Virus record (IMG/VR): IMGVR_UViG_3300045988_154761 | Location: 96,001-160,000 of that record | DNA length: 64,000 nucleotides | Source of the DNA: a virus | Strand: one strand, 5' to 3' | In this document: positions 42,272-52,078 of the stretch, in pieces | How positions within the stretch are numbered: position 1 is the first letter of the stretch | How the letters are laid out: the number at the start of each line of letters is the position of its first letter | Made by a program: the position numbers and the translations under genes | The notes under the pieces: model-generated | What the model saw: only the letters and a program-made list of their open reading frames with translations | The model's database searches: none | What the model was told of the DNA's origin: nothing

Positions 42272-42580
42272 ATGATTATTAGTTACGATAACCAAATTAT
42301 CAATTTGTATATGGGTTGGAGAGCTATTCATCTTGACGCTGGAGGCTTTGATATCGCATATCCGCTGGATACACCAACTTATACTATCACTATCGAGCTT
42401 AACGATAAATCTTCTTGCAATTTGGGTGTTTTTGGAGAAAATGAGCTTTGTTTGGCAAAAATGATGATAGATAAAATTAAAGAGGGTTTAGCTAATAATA
42501 CTTCTTTCCTTGACCTTGATGATTACTTGAAAATGTGGAAGAAGAAATTAGAAAAAGAAAAGGAAACTAAGAATGGATAA
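42272..42580 (+). CDS. hypothetical protein (102 aa)
   Basis: starts directly after the previous stop. Confidence 0.65.
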   Translation: MIISYDNQIINLYMGWRAIHLDAGGFDIAYPLDTPTYTITIELNDKSSCNLGVFGENELCLAKMMIDKIKEGLANNTSFLDLDDYLKMWKKKLEKEKETKNG

Positions 42581-43262
42581 TGGATTTAATTTAAAAAAAG
42601 ATAGAATTACTTTTGACTGTATGTCAGAAGATATGCAAATGAGTGATGCAGGATTTAACGCCCTTATGGGATGTACTATCCTGTGGGGATTGATTTGTAA
42701 TTTCTTCATCTGTATGTTCCTTGAAACACAAGTCTTTAGCTTTGTATTGTCTCATCCTCTTCTCTTTATTCTAGGTTATTTCGCTCTTGCTTTTCTCGGG
42801 GCTATGATTACTAGTGGCACAGAAAACGCTGTAGTTGCTTTCCTTGGGTTTAATCTTATTTGTTTACCCATTGGAGCACTTCTAAGCGTTTATGTGGGCC
42901 AGTATACAGCGTTGAGTATTAGCTATGTATGTCTTCTTACTGCTATTATTGTAGTAATTATGATTATTGTTAGTACAGTATTTCCAGAGTATTTTTGTTC
43001 TCTTGGACATATCCTTCTTGTATCTTTAATTAGTATTATTTTTATTGAGGGAGTTTTAGTATTCTTCCTTGGATACGAAGGTCATGTAATTGATTATCTT
43101 GTAGTAGCACTGTTTTCTCTTTATATTGGGTATGATTGGTATTGTTCTCAGAGCTATGCTGCTACACCTTATAATGCCATCAGTTGTGCAACAGACCTTT
43201 ATCTTGATATTATTAATATCTTTGTTCGTTTGCTTGCAATTCTTGGCAAGAAAAAAGATTAA
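42573..43262 (+). CDS. Bax inhibitor-1/YccA-like multi-pass membrane protein
   Basis: 6-7 hydrophobic helices and C-terminal ATDLYLDIINIFVRLLAILG, typical of the BI-1 family. Confidence 0.65.
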   Translation: MDNGFNLKKDRITFDCMSEDMQMSDAGFNALMGCTILWGLICNFFICMFLETQVFSFVLSHPLLFILGYFALAFLGAMITSGTENAVVAFLGFNLICLPIGALLSVYVGQYTALSISYVCLLTAIIVVIMIIVSTVFPEYFCSLGHILLVSLISIIFIEGVLVFFLGYEGHVIDYLVVALFSLYIGYDWYCSQSYAATPYNAISCATDLYLDIINIFVRLLAILGKKKD

Positions 43263-43266
43263 ATAC

Positions 43267-43295
43267 TTGACAACTCCTTATTTTTTTGGTATTAT
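43267..43295 (+). promoter_or_regulatory. sigma70/sigmaA-like promoter inside an anti-SD/SD hairpin
   Basis: TTGACA 43267-43272, 17 nt, TATTAT 43290-43295; ACAACTCCTTA (43270-43280) pairs with TAAGGAGTTGT (43310-43320). Confidence 0.7.
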
Positions 43296-43325
43296 TTAAG
43301 TATCAAGAATAAGGAGTTGTTTTTT

Positions 43326-43583
43326 ATGGAAAAGAAAAAGTATACTTACGATTTAACTTTTGAGGAAGTCCTTGAAGAAATTTGGTTTGAAGATTGTTGG
43401 TATTAGGGTAATAATTTTGGTGATGGTACTATCATTTATGCCAATGTTGATAAAGAACTTTGCATGAATACTTTTGGTGGAGCTATGGGTGGACATACTC
43501 ATCACCTTATTCTTACTGAGAGAATTTATGAACAAATGTATCGTCGTGTATATACTCAACCTGATGCTGAAAGGAGAGCGTAA
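43326..43583 (+). CDS. hypothetical protein (85 aa), 1 in-frame TAG
   Basis: ATG after TAAGGAG; TAG at 43404-43406; frame checked to TAA at 43581-43583. Confidence 0.55.
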
Positions 43584-43978
43584 TGTTATATCATCTCTCT
43601 CGTGACCCCAATCTTACTATATTAACTCCACAAATTCCAGAGACAGCAATTCCTTATAATGAGGATGTATCTATTCCAAGAGTTTGCTTTGCTCCTACTA
43701 TTGAAGGTTGTCTTTCAGCTTTGGGAGATATTGGCATGGAGTATTATGTTTATACTCCTGTTAATCAAAAGCTCAAAGGTTACTCTTGCAGAAGTCATGT
43801 ATGTGATGCTCCCGCTACAGGAGAAAGATGGATTAGAAAACCTGTTGCAGTTAAAAAGATTGGAAAAATCAAATCTCGTGATACAGGTATTTCCAAGCCT
43901 ATGACTATTAAATATAAAGGTCGTACAGAACAGATTTGGTATCTTAAGTATGTCTATAAATGGAAGGAGCGCTATTGA
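43583..43978 (+). CDS. hypothetical protein (131 aa)
   Basis: TAATG junction. Confidence 0.7.
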   Translation: MLYHLSRDPNLTILTPQIPETAIPYNEDVSIPRVCFAPTIEGCLSALGDIGMEYYVYTPVNQKLKGYSCRSHVCDAPATGERWIRKPVAVKKIGKIKSRDTGISKPMTIKYKGRTEQIWYLKYVYKWKERY

Positions 43979-44292
43979 TGGAGCGTATTAAAAAGGGACG
44001 TAAACCCCCTACTCGTGATAAGAGAGAGAACTGTGGTATTGTAACTTCTCTTCTTGATGCCAATGGTAATAATATTATCACTGGTAATCTTTATGAGTTT
44101 AAAAGTCAGAAGTATCATTATATGGGAAAGGTTTTTTATAATAGATATCAGAAGGCTTTTGGTATTTTTATGGGGTGCTGGTATGGAGATAGGAATCCTA
44201 ACAATCCCGAAAACTATGGCAAGTTTGTAGCCATCCCTAAAGATAATGGCATGAAGAATCAAATTTTTCCTGTTGAAGAAATGGAGGTTTAA
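43978..44292 (+). CDS. hypothetical protein (104 aa)
   Basis: TGATG junction; ATG after GGAAGGAG. Confidence 0.65.
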   Translation: MERIKKGRKPPTRDKRENCGIVTSLLDANGNNIITGNLYEFKSQKYHYMGKVFYNRYQKAFGIFMGCWYGDRNPNNPENYGKFVAIPKDNGMKNQIFPVEEMEV

Positions 44293-44293
44293 T

Positions 44294-44500
44294 ATGAAAA
44301 TCACACACGTTAAATCCAAAGTTGTCTTACCAGAAGAAAACTATTGGTATGACATTAATTATAACACAGAAATTGCAACTTGTTCTCATTGTAACCGTAG
44401 AGGAAAAATTAGACTCAAAATTACTAAGGAGGGTGTCTACGCAATCAGTAATCCTTATTGTCCCGCTTGTGGAGCTTTTATGAAAAACGGCTGTAATTGA
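44294..44500 (+). CDS. zinc-ribbon protein (68 aa)
   Basis: ATG after TGGAGG; CSHC...CPAC. Confidence 0.6.
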   Translation: MKITHVKSKVVLPEENYWYDINYNTEIATCSHCNRRGKIRLKITKEGVYAISNPYCPACGAFMKNGCN

Positions 44501-44508
44501 GGTATAAT

Positions 44509-44811
44509 ATGTCAAAAATTGTTTGTGCTGCTATTAAATTTACAAGCAAAGCAGATGAAGACAACATTATTGTTCTTCCTTGTATTCGTCATGGTGATGG
44601 ATACAAGCAGTTTGTTTATCTTAATTTTGTATTAGCTGGAAATTATTCTCGTGGCGATTGGAACAAAGAAGAAGGTTTTGTTGACAGCGATGGAAAATTT
44701 CATTCAAGAGAAGAAGCTTTTAAAATTGTAAAAGATTCTCTTCCTGCTTCTCTTATTTACTTTAAAGAACAGCATAAAGAAACCGAACTTTACTCGGAGG
44801 ACTTATATTAA
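44509..44811 (+). CDS. hypothetical protein (100 aa)
   Basis: ATG after TGAGGT. Confidence 0.65.
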   Translation: MSKIVCAAIKFTSKADEDNIIVLPCIRHGDGYKQFVYLNFVLAGNYSRGDWNKEEGFVDSDGKFHSREEAFKIVKDSLPASLIYFKEQHKETELYSEDLY

Positions 44812-45080
44812 TGAATAATAAAAAACATCCTGATACCGTTTCTTATGATGTCTATGAACAAGTTGCGTGGGAGAGAGACCTCGTAGAAGACCAGTTGAAT
44901 ACACTTGGGTTTGGAGTAGGTAGTAAAGTAACATGCAGGAAGAAACTTGTAGCTACATATCAAAAAGACGGACGCTATAATGTTGCTCGAACCTTTGAGG
45001 TTTGTTCTGAATGTGGAGAACAGTTACATTCAGATATGAATTTCTGTCCTTATTGCGGAAGGAAAATTTTAGATGACTAA
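44811..45080 (+). CDS. hypothetical protein (89 aa) with C-terminal zinc ribbon
   Basis: TAATG junction; CSEC...CPYC. Confidence 0.65.
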   Translation: MNNKKHPDTVSYDVYEQVAWERDLVEDQLNTLGFGVGSKVTCRKKLVATYQKDGRYNVARTFEVCSECGEQLHSDMNFCPYCGRKILDD

Positions 45081-45450
45081 TAATATTTTTGCTATGCCTA
45101 TTGGTCTTAGAGGGACAAGCACTGTTTGGCATAACGACACTAAAATTGGTATTTGTTTAACTTCTAATAATTCTCCTTTGCTTGGAAACTTTGTTCCTTT
45201 AAATGAAATTTCTGTTATGGATAATAAAGGGGATAATCCGTTGTCTGAAAATGAACTTAAAACCATTACAGAAATTAGAACAGATATTTATGAAATTAGC
45301 CCTGAACATGAGAGATATATGTTACTTAATGCAGACGAAGAAATTTATCTTGGGGAAAGAATAATTCATTTATTTTATCTTTCTCATCGTGATGAATTTC
45401 TTGTAGTTGGTATTAATTATTCCATTGCTGACCCTGAAAAAATTTGTTAA
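45073..45450 (+). CDS. hypothetical protein (125 aa)
   Basis: 8 nt overlap with the upstream gene. Confidence 0.65.
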   Translation: MTNNIFAMPIGLRGTSTVWHNDTKIGICLTSNNSPLLGNFVPLNEISVMDNKGDNPLSENELKTITEIRTDIYEISPEHERYMLLNADEEIYLGERIIHLFYLSHRDEFLVVGINYSIADPEKIC

Positions 45451-45457
45451 TAAACCC

Positions 45458-45486
45458 TTGAAATAATCCTTTTATTTTGATATAAT
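45458..45486 (+). promoter_or_regulatory. sigma70/sigmaA-like promoter
   Basis: TTGAAA 45458-45463, 17 nt, TATAAT 45481-45486; inverted repeat TTTTGATA/TATCAAAA straddles the -10. Confidence 0.6.
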
Positions 45487-45520
45487 TACTGTATCAAAAT
45501 TGAAAGGAGATAAAGCTGAT

Positions 45521-46345
45521 ATGAGCTTTTATCTGAAAGAAACCACAACTAACTCTTATGTTCAGTTTGTTGGTAATCAGTACAGCTATATTTCAAATCC
45601 TGACAAGAAACATTTGTTTAAGGATGTTGACAAAGCTGCCAACATTGTTCTCAATCATTCTCTTGTTGACAAGTTTTTGTCAAATCGCGTATTTTCCATC
45701 TATCACGCCGAAACTGGCAATCTGGTATATGATAAACTTGTCTCTAATGTGGCAAATAAAGGATTGATTCTCTCAAGTGTTTCTAAAGCGGTTCTTAACT
45801 TGCAAGAAAGCTTAGGTGAAGCACCTGTCACAAATGAGAATCCTATCGAAATGAAATTTAAAGATTCAGTTTTGCCTGTTGTTTCTCATTCCAATTGCGC
45901 AAAAGCAATGATTGATGGTGATGAACTTCCTGTCAAAGATTCAACCAAAAGATATCAAGCAAGCGAATATTCCAGAAATAAGATTCTTCCTCCTTTGGAA
46001 GCCATGTCAAAAACTTTTGAAAATATCACTTCTGCTATTAATTCTCTTCCGTCCAATGAAGACTTAGCTACACAACTGGGTGATTACAATGCTCAGGTAG
46101 TTGATATTCTTCATTATATCGAGTTCTCTCACCTTGATGCTTGCAATGGTTATCTTATCTTTAAAAAGCTTCAAGATGTCCTTATTGCAAGACGTACTGT
46201 TAAGGAACAAATGGAAATTATCAACAAGCTTGAAAATTGCGGTTTGATTGTTGAAAAAATTAATGCCGCTAACAATCGAGCTAAGAAAACACTTGAAGAA
46301 TCTCGTTCCTATTGTCCTCGTAGTGACATTGATATTTTTGATTAA
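45521..46345 (+). CDS. hypothetical protein (274 aa)
   Basis: ATG after AAAGGAGA; the track start 45500 lies in the leader. Confidence 0.7.
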   Translation: MSFYLKETTTNSYVQFVGNQYSYISNPDKKHLFKDVDKAANIVLNHSLVDKFLSNRVFSIYHAETGNLVYDKLVSNVANKGLILSSVSKAVLNLQESLGEAPVTNENPIEMKFKDSVLPVVSHSNCAKAMIDGDELPVKDSTKRYQASEYSRNKILPPLEAMSKTFENITSAINSLPSNEDLATQLGDYNAQVVDILHYIEFSHLDACNGYLIFKKLQDVLIARRTVKEQMEIINKLENCGLIVEKINAANNRAKKTLEESRSYCPRSDIDIFD

Positions 46346-46372
46346 AGTTTTTGATTAAAATTTAATAAACAC

Positions 46373-46401
46373 TTGACAGCTTCTTTCTTACTTGCTATAA
46401 T
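46373..46401 (+). promoter_or_regulatory. sigma70/sigmaA-like promoter inside an anti-SD/SD hairpin
   Basis: TTGACA 46373-46378, 17 nt, TATAAT 46396-46401; 14 bp pairing of 46376-46389 with 46414-46427 (contains AAAGGAG). Confidence 0.7.
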
Positions 46402-46433
46402 GTAGCTACAGTAAAGAAAGGAGCTGTTATTTT

Positions 46434-46676
46434 ATGAAAAAGATTGATAAAGTCCTCTGCTATTCTCAGGAAGATTTAAGAAAAGATATCGTCAAGGCTC
46501 TCTTTGGTGAGAATGCAATTCTTGGCGGAGACTATGTTGATTTTCATTACACACCTGAAAATGATGCTGGTCTTGTTGTTAAATTTTATGATAAAGACTC
46601 GCCTTTTATATCTAAGACCTTTATTATTAGAATTGAAGATGCCGACAACAAGGAAGTTACAAAGGAGGAAATCTAA
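46434..46676 (+). CDS. hypothetical protein (80 aa)
   Basis: ATG after AAAGGAG. Confidence 0.65.
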   Translation: MKKIDKVLCYSQEDLRKDIVKALFGENAILGGDYVDFHYTPENDAGLVVKFYDKDSPFISKTFIIRIEDADNKEVTKEEI

Positions 46677-46798
46677 TGGCTAATAAACCTGATTAAATTT
46701 TAATTCTGATTCTATTGCTACTGAAAAAGAAAGAGCGCGTAATAATTATTACAATTACTGGATTTAAAATAAATTAATTTAAAAAGGAGAAAACTATA

Positions 46799-47239
46799 AT
46801 GCCTAAATCTCGTATGGCACGCAATTTTAAAGCTCGAAAGGGTATTTCTCGTAATTACACACTTCTTGCTCGTCAAAAGGAGTTTCCCAAGTTGACCTGT
46901 AAAAAGAACCTTCCTACTCCTGATACTAAAGATAGTGACAATCCTAATAATGTTAAGTACATTCTTAAGGAAAATGATACTCAATGCGCTATCTTCTCTA
47001 CAGAGCTTAAATCTCAGAATAATCATAAAGACTCTCTTTATTTGATTGTAGGCGCTCTTACTGGTGCTCTTCTTCTTACTGAAAAGGAGATTGAAGAGTA
47101 TTTTGATTTAACCCCTATGATTGATAAGAAACTCACTCTTAAGGACGCTCCTTATAAGAACACTGGTGTTAAGATTGAGTATGACACAAATGATATTCCT
47201 ACAGATATTGTTGATTTCAAGGGTGCTCCCATTAAGTAA
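46799..47239 (+). CDS. hypothetical protein (146 aa)
   Basis: ATG after AAAGGAGAA. Confidence 0.7.
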   Translation: MPKSRMARNFKARKGISRNYTLLARQKEFPKLTCKKNLPTPDTKDSDNPNNVKYILKENDTQCAIFSTELKSQNNHKDSLYLIVGALTGALLLTEKEIEEYFDLTPMIDKKLTLKDAPYKNTGVKIEYDTNDIPTDIVDFKGAPIK

Positions 47240-47250
47240 AGGAGAATAAT

Positions 47251-48936
47251 ATGAAAAAGAATGATTTCCCCACTAACCCCGTAGCTTTTGCTCAATATGT
47301 TTGGGAAAATATTGAAATTAAAGACATATTAGTTGATAGATTTGGAAAATTTTGGAAAGTAACTTCTTATAAAATTTGCAATGGTCGTAAAATAAGAATT
47401 GAAATTCGTTGTATTAGGGACTCTGGCACAGACTACAAAAATGAAGGTTGCAAAAAATTAACTCGTTACGACCTTGCTAGCAAATATTATTTTTATATTA
47501 ATAATATTGCTGTTAAGATTCCTGATGTTGAAGATTGGGATGTTAAAACTTTCGTCCAAAATTATAATACGCTTTGGTATATTCTTGATACAATGGTTCC
47601 TATTACAAAAGAAGAAACAACAGATATGTATGCTTTGTTTCTTTTAACTCAAGAAGCAGATAAGATTTACGAAGAAAAAGACAAAAAGATTTCTACTATT
47701 AGGGATTTAAATGAATTAAAGAACAAATTTGAAAAACGTGATTATTATGATGGAGACAAGATTCGAGAAAAATGTGTTAATTGTCTCCCAAAAGAGGACA
47801 CAAAAATGACAGAAAACGAAAAAAATTACTTCCTTAAAAATAAGGAAAAAACGGGTGTCGATAACCAATTAAAATCCGCATTTTATTCGCAGGAAGATTT
47901 GGATGCCGCTATTGAAAAAATTGGTGACTTCCTTGAAACCCATACAAATACTGCTAAAAACAAGTGTAAAGAATCCGTTAAGAAATTTGCTGGCTTATCT
48001 GATGAAGATTTAGATGAAATTTGTACACGAGTGGTGGACACTTTTTATTCGGCTTCCGATTTTTCTAAGAAAACTTTCGACGAATTTAAGAGTTGGATGA
48101 AAGAAAAGTACAAGGATTACACAAAAGAAGTTAAAGAAGAACCTAAAACTAAGACTGAAACTGTTAAAGTAAACAATAATCAGTCTGTTATTACCGTTGA
48201 TAATAATGATACGGATACTGGAACGCATAAGGTTGATAATATTGACAAATTATTCCCTAATTTTAATAAATATTTTAATAACAACACCAATACAAAAGAT
48301 GATGATAAGGAAGTAGATGATAAGGAAGTAGATGATTTCATTAACAGACCTTTCCATATCGGAGATATTGTAATTGATAAAAATGGAAACGTAGGTTATA
48401 TTTCTGAAATTTGTTCCAGAGACAATACTTGGTTTTATTATTATGTTCCTGTTGTTATTAAATCTAACCATATCACTTTTAAGGTTCAAAAACCTCTCGA
48501 TTCTACCCTTGAGAATTATATTCAAATTGGAGCATGGGATTTAACTTATAGTGGAGCAAGAAAAAATCTCTCTGGCTTTAAAGAATTTAAGAATTTATCT
48601 TTAACTTATAACAAGGAACTCCCCGAAGAACTTCTTAAAGAATTTCTTGACAGAAACAAAGAATCCCTTAGTAAAAAGAAGACCGATGAAAAAGATAATA
48701 ATACATCTACAACAGATAATGCAACACCTCCATCCAGCAGAAAAGTTGTTAGTGCTGATTCACTTCCTAATTATCTTAGTAAGCTTCATCTTACTGATTC
48801 TGCTTATAGCTATGAAGTAAATACTAAACTTACTACCGACATTGTTCGTAAGCTGAATGAAGTTATCGAAACTCTTGATGATATTATTCGGTATCTTCAA
48901 GAAGAAGAACACAAGAGACAGCTTGAAGAAAGATAA
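47251..48936 (+). CDS. large hypothetical protein (561 aa) with low-complexity acidic linker
   Basis: ATG after AAGGAGAA; contains the DDKEV tandem repeat. Confidence 0.75.
   Translation: MKKNDFPTNPVAFAQYVWENIEIKDILVDRFGKFWKVTSYKICNGRKIRIEIRCIRDSGTDYKNEGCKKLTRYDLASKYYFYINNIAVKIPDVEDWDVKTFVQNYNTLWYILDTMVPITKEETTDMYALFLLTQEADKIYEEKDKKISTIRDLNELKNKFEKRDYYDGDKIREKCVNCLPKEDTKMTENEKNYFLKNKEKTGVDNQLKSAFYSQEDLDAAIEKIGDFLETHTNTAKNKCKESVKKFAGLSDEDLDEICTRVVDTFYSASDFSKKTFDEFKSWMKEKYKDYTKEVKEEPKTKTETVKVNNNQSVITVDNNDTDTGTHKVDNIDKLFPNFNKYFNNNTNTKDDDKEVDDKEVDDFINRPFHIGDIVIDKNGNVGYISEICSRDNTWFYYYVPVVIKSNHITFKVQKPLDSTLENYIQIGAWDLTYSGARKNLSGFKEFKNLSLTYNKELPEELLKEFLDRNKESLSKKKTDEKDNNTSTTDNATPPSSRKVVSADSLPNYLSKLHLTDSAYSYEVNTKLTTDIVRKLNEVIETLDDIIRYLQEEEHKRQLEER
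48301..48336 (+). repeat. 15 bp tandem repeat (2.4 copies) inside the 47251 gene
   Basis: GATGATAAGGAAGTA repeated, encoding DDKEVDDKEVDD. Confidence 0.85.
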
Positions 48937-48951
48937 TTAAATACTTATAAT

Positions 48952-48996
48952 AAACTTGTTTATCTTATATCGGATAAACAAGTTTATTTTTATTTT
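48952..48996 (+). terminator. intrinsic terminator
   Basis: 13 bp stem AAACTTGTTTATC/GATAAACAAGTTT followed by a T-run. Confidence 0.75.
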
Positions 48997-49005
48997 AGAT
49001 TGTAC

Positions 49006-49034
49006 TTGACACCTTGACTTTTATGTGTTATACT
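49006..49034 (+). promoter_or_regulatory. sigma70/sigmaA-like promoter
   Basis: TTGACA 49006-49011 (a second TTGACT at 49014), 17 nt, TGT-TATACT (49029-49034). Confidence 0.65.
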
Positions 49035-49075
49035 ATATATGGGTTAATAGACTATTAAAGAAAGGAGATATTATT

Positions 49076-50041
49076 TTGAAAGAATTTCAAGAATTTAAAG
49101 ATTTAGAATAGTTTTATTTAAAAGCACAAGAGATATTTAAAGATAGAAAAAGAGTGGATAGTTACAAAGAAATGTGTAAGCTTTTAGATGAACCTTGTTA
49201 TGCTTCACCTTCTTGTAAAGAACGTCAAAAAATACAATTTACCACTTGGAAAAAATGTTTTACATGGCGCAAATCAAAATAGAAGTTTATTAATATTAAA
49301 ATGATTCCGAAAGAAATTTTTGACGAAAATCTTTAGGAACTTAAGATTAAACGAGAAGAAAAATCAAAAGCGCAATCTGAAAAAACTCTTCAAAATTATA
49401 TTAAGAATTATAAACTTAATCATTTATTAACTGGAAGATGGCCTTCTCGTCCCTGCTCTTGGGATAAGAGAGGTGTATATATAGTTTATAATAAATCTAA
49501 CAAAAATTCTTACAAAGGTCCTGTTTGTTATATTGGTAGTACTGCTGTTGCTTTTTATAAAAGATTTAATAACCATTTACATCCTTCTCAAACCATGTCT
49601 CAAGAAATAAGAGATTTAATGGAAGAGAAAGATACTCATATTAACTTTTTGTGGTTCGCTCCTGATGATGCAACAGAAGATGAAATACATGAGGAAGAAG
49701 CCGAGTTCTGGTCTATATATCAGAAAAAAGGATATCATATGCTTAATAAGCATATTCCTCAATATCATAGAACTTTAAAAAATCCTAATAAAAAGAAAAT
49801 TGCTCCCCATGGTTCTTATTTAACAGATAAAGACTGGGTTCAATATAAAAAGATTAGTGCGAAAATTCCTTCTGACAAGATTCCACTTTTAATTAAATTC
49901 TTACAAAAAGATTTGAAATTAGAATTTTCAGAAGATTTTAATATGTGGACTGAACCTGACATGATTCCCAAAATACAAAAGTTTGTAGAAGAAAATAAAA
50001 AGAAAGTAGAAATACGAGAGGTTGATAAAGATGACGAATAA
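49076..50041 (+). CDS. GIY-YIG-domain endonuclease-like protein with an N-terminal domain shared with the next gene; TTG start, 3 in-frame TAG
   Basis: TTG 8 nt after AAAGGAGA; frame checked; GVYIVYNKSN...VCYIGSTAVAFYKRFNNHL...EAEFWSIYQKKGYHMLN. Confidence 0.65.
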
Positions 50042-51392
50042 TTAGCTTTATAAAAAATGCCAATAGAAATTAAAGAATGTTACAGAGGTAGAATCTTATA
50101 AAGCTATGTGTGCTTTATTAAATGAAGAATACTTCAAGTACAAGAAAAGTAAAGATAGATAGCTTGAAGTTTGGAAAACCTGTTTTAGCTATGATTTACT
50201 TAAAAGTGGTAAGTTTATTAATATTAGACTTCTTTCGGAATCAGAACATTTCCAGACCCTTACGGAACTGTTTAAAACAGATTCCATTTCTTACTCCCTT
50301 TGTGGCTTGCTTAACCAATATAGTGATGAAACAAATGAAAGTATTGTTTATATAACTAAATCTGAACTTGCTTTTTGTTTAGGATTTTTTAATGAATCTT
50401 ATAGCACAGTAAAAAAATATCCTGAAGTGTATTCTTATCAAGTTGAAAATGATATTTTAGCCCTTAGAAATAGTCGATATCCGTTTATTAAAGAACATAA
50501 AGATTCTATTAAAGGTTGGAGAAAAGTAAAAGAAAATTCTTCTAAACCATCTAATGACACTCTTCAAAAAGTAGAAGATTTTACTATCCATTATTCATCT
50601 AATTATGAATATAAAGTTGAAAATGCCTTAAAGAATCTTGCTGATAGTGGTTATATTACTTTACATGAAGTCTATATGGGTGCTTTTGTTGATGATAACT
50701 TTAACTGGATTCCTAATATAGACAATATTTCAAATAAAGATGGCAGATATTATTTTAAAAGTGATGAAACAACTACTTTGGTTATTCCATATAAAGATAG
50801 AGAGCTTACACCAGAAGAAGAAGTTAAATATATTCAAATTACCAATGAAATTTTCAGACAAATGAATCTTGATGGAATTCAAGATGTTTTTAAACAAAAT
50901 AAACAACTTAAATTTAGACAACAATTATTTCCTCAATTACTTTCTAATATGGGATGCTTATATATTTATAAAGCATATCGTATTGGATTTTCTTCTGAAC
51001 ATATTGGAGACAAAGAAACAAAAGTAAAAACTAAATTACAATCTACTTTTGATATAGCTTCTTTAAAGAAAGCATTAGCAGATAATAATAGTACAGCTAC
51101 TAAAGCCAATCTTAAAAATGCTCAAAAACGTATTGAAGATAATATTTCTTCTAAGCATACTTTAGGTAATACTTTATCTGAAAGTCAAAAATTAGAACAA
51201 GAATATTCTACTTTTATATTAAAAAAGTTATCAAAAGAATTACTTAATATAGATGTTGATTCCTATTTTCCATCCACTTCTGATTCTTCTAACGCAATTC
51301 AATTTATTAATTCAAAGAAAAAAGCTATTTTTAACAATAGTTTACGACGTTTAAATAATAAAAGATAGTATGATGAAAAAGCTCAAAAATAA
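50031..51392 (+). CDS. hypothetical protein (453 aa) sharing a ~60-aa N-terminal domain with 49076; 4 TAG read as sense
   Basis: ATG 50031 overlaps the upstream gene by 11 nt; TAG at 50043, 50064, 50160 and 51366; first TAA at 51390-51392. Confidence 0.55.
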
Positions 51393-51418
51393 ATTCCTTT
51401 ATTTTACTACCCAAAATC

Positions 51419-51611
51419 CAAAAACGTACATTTTAAAAAATTGATGATTTTTTAAACCCTTATTTTATATGGCTTTAAATGAGGTCAGGTCAAAATTTGT
51501 CTGTAGATATATTATATATTATTCTTAGGACGAATTTTGACCTGACCCTCTTAAAACCCTTATATTTACTGTATTTAAAAATTTGCTAAAATTTCAAAAT
51601 GTACGTTTTTG
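51419..51611. repeat. 193 bp nested inverted-repeat element
   Basis: outer 16 bp perfect arms CAAAAACGTACATTTT (51419-51434)/AAAATGTACGTTTTTG (51596-51611); inner 15 bp arms GGTCAGGTCAAAATT (51483-51497)/AATTTTGACCTGACC (51533-51547); direct repeats AAACCCTTAT. Confidence 0.8.
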
Positions 51612-51779
51612 AAAAAGTCCCTCAACAGGAGAGTTTCTAACTTCATACTTCGCTTACGCTCGTATTCACTAAGAAACTCTATCATTTCTGCAAACTTTAT
51701 TTCTATAACTTTTATTTCAACAATTCATATATAAATAAGTAATACTTCCATGTTTCATTTAAAAACCACACGACAGAAA

Positions 51780-52015
51780 ATGAAAGAAAGGTTAGAGTTT
51801 GTTGAAGTGAGCCTTGCGAACGATTACAAACTCTTATTCCTTTCTTCATTTGGCAGTCGTAACCGCGAGAGGATGTTTGCATTATGAAAGAGAGAGCATT
51901 AGCGACGGACGGAGCGTAATGCGACCATCTTTCATAATGATACAAACACCGCATCACGGTGGATTATCGGCGAAGCACCATTGTAATGAAATACCATTAC
52001 AATGAAGCGCCTTCG
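51780..52015. ncRNA. GC-elevated, strongly structured noncoding segment (strand unknown)
   Basis: 12 bp stem CATTATGAAAGA (51880-51891)/TCTTTCATAATG (51928-51939); 10 bp stem CATTGTAATG (51979-51988)/CATTACAATG (51995-52004); ~20 bp imperfect stem 51781-51802/51826-51848. Confidence 0.4.
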
Positions 52016-52078
52016 TAATAATAAATTATTACTCAAAAACACCTTTCGTAATAATAACAAGAAATCTTTATTAAACTA

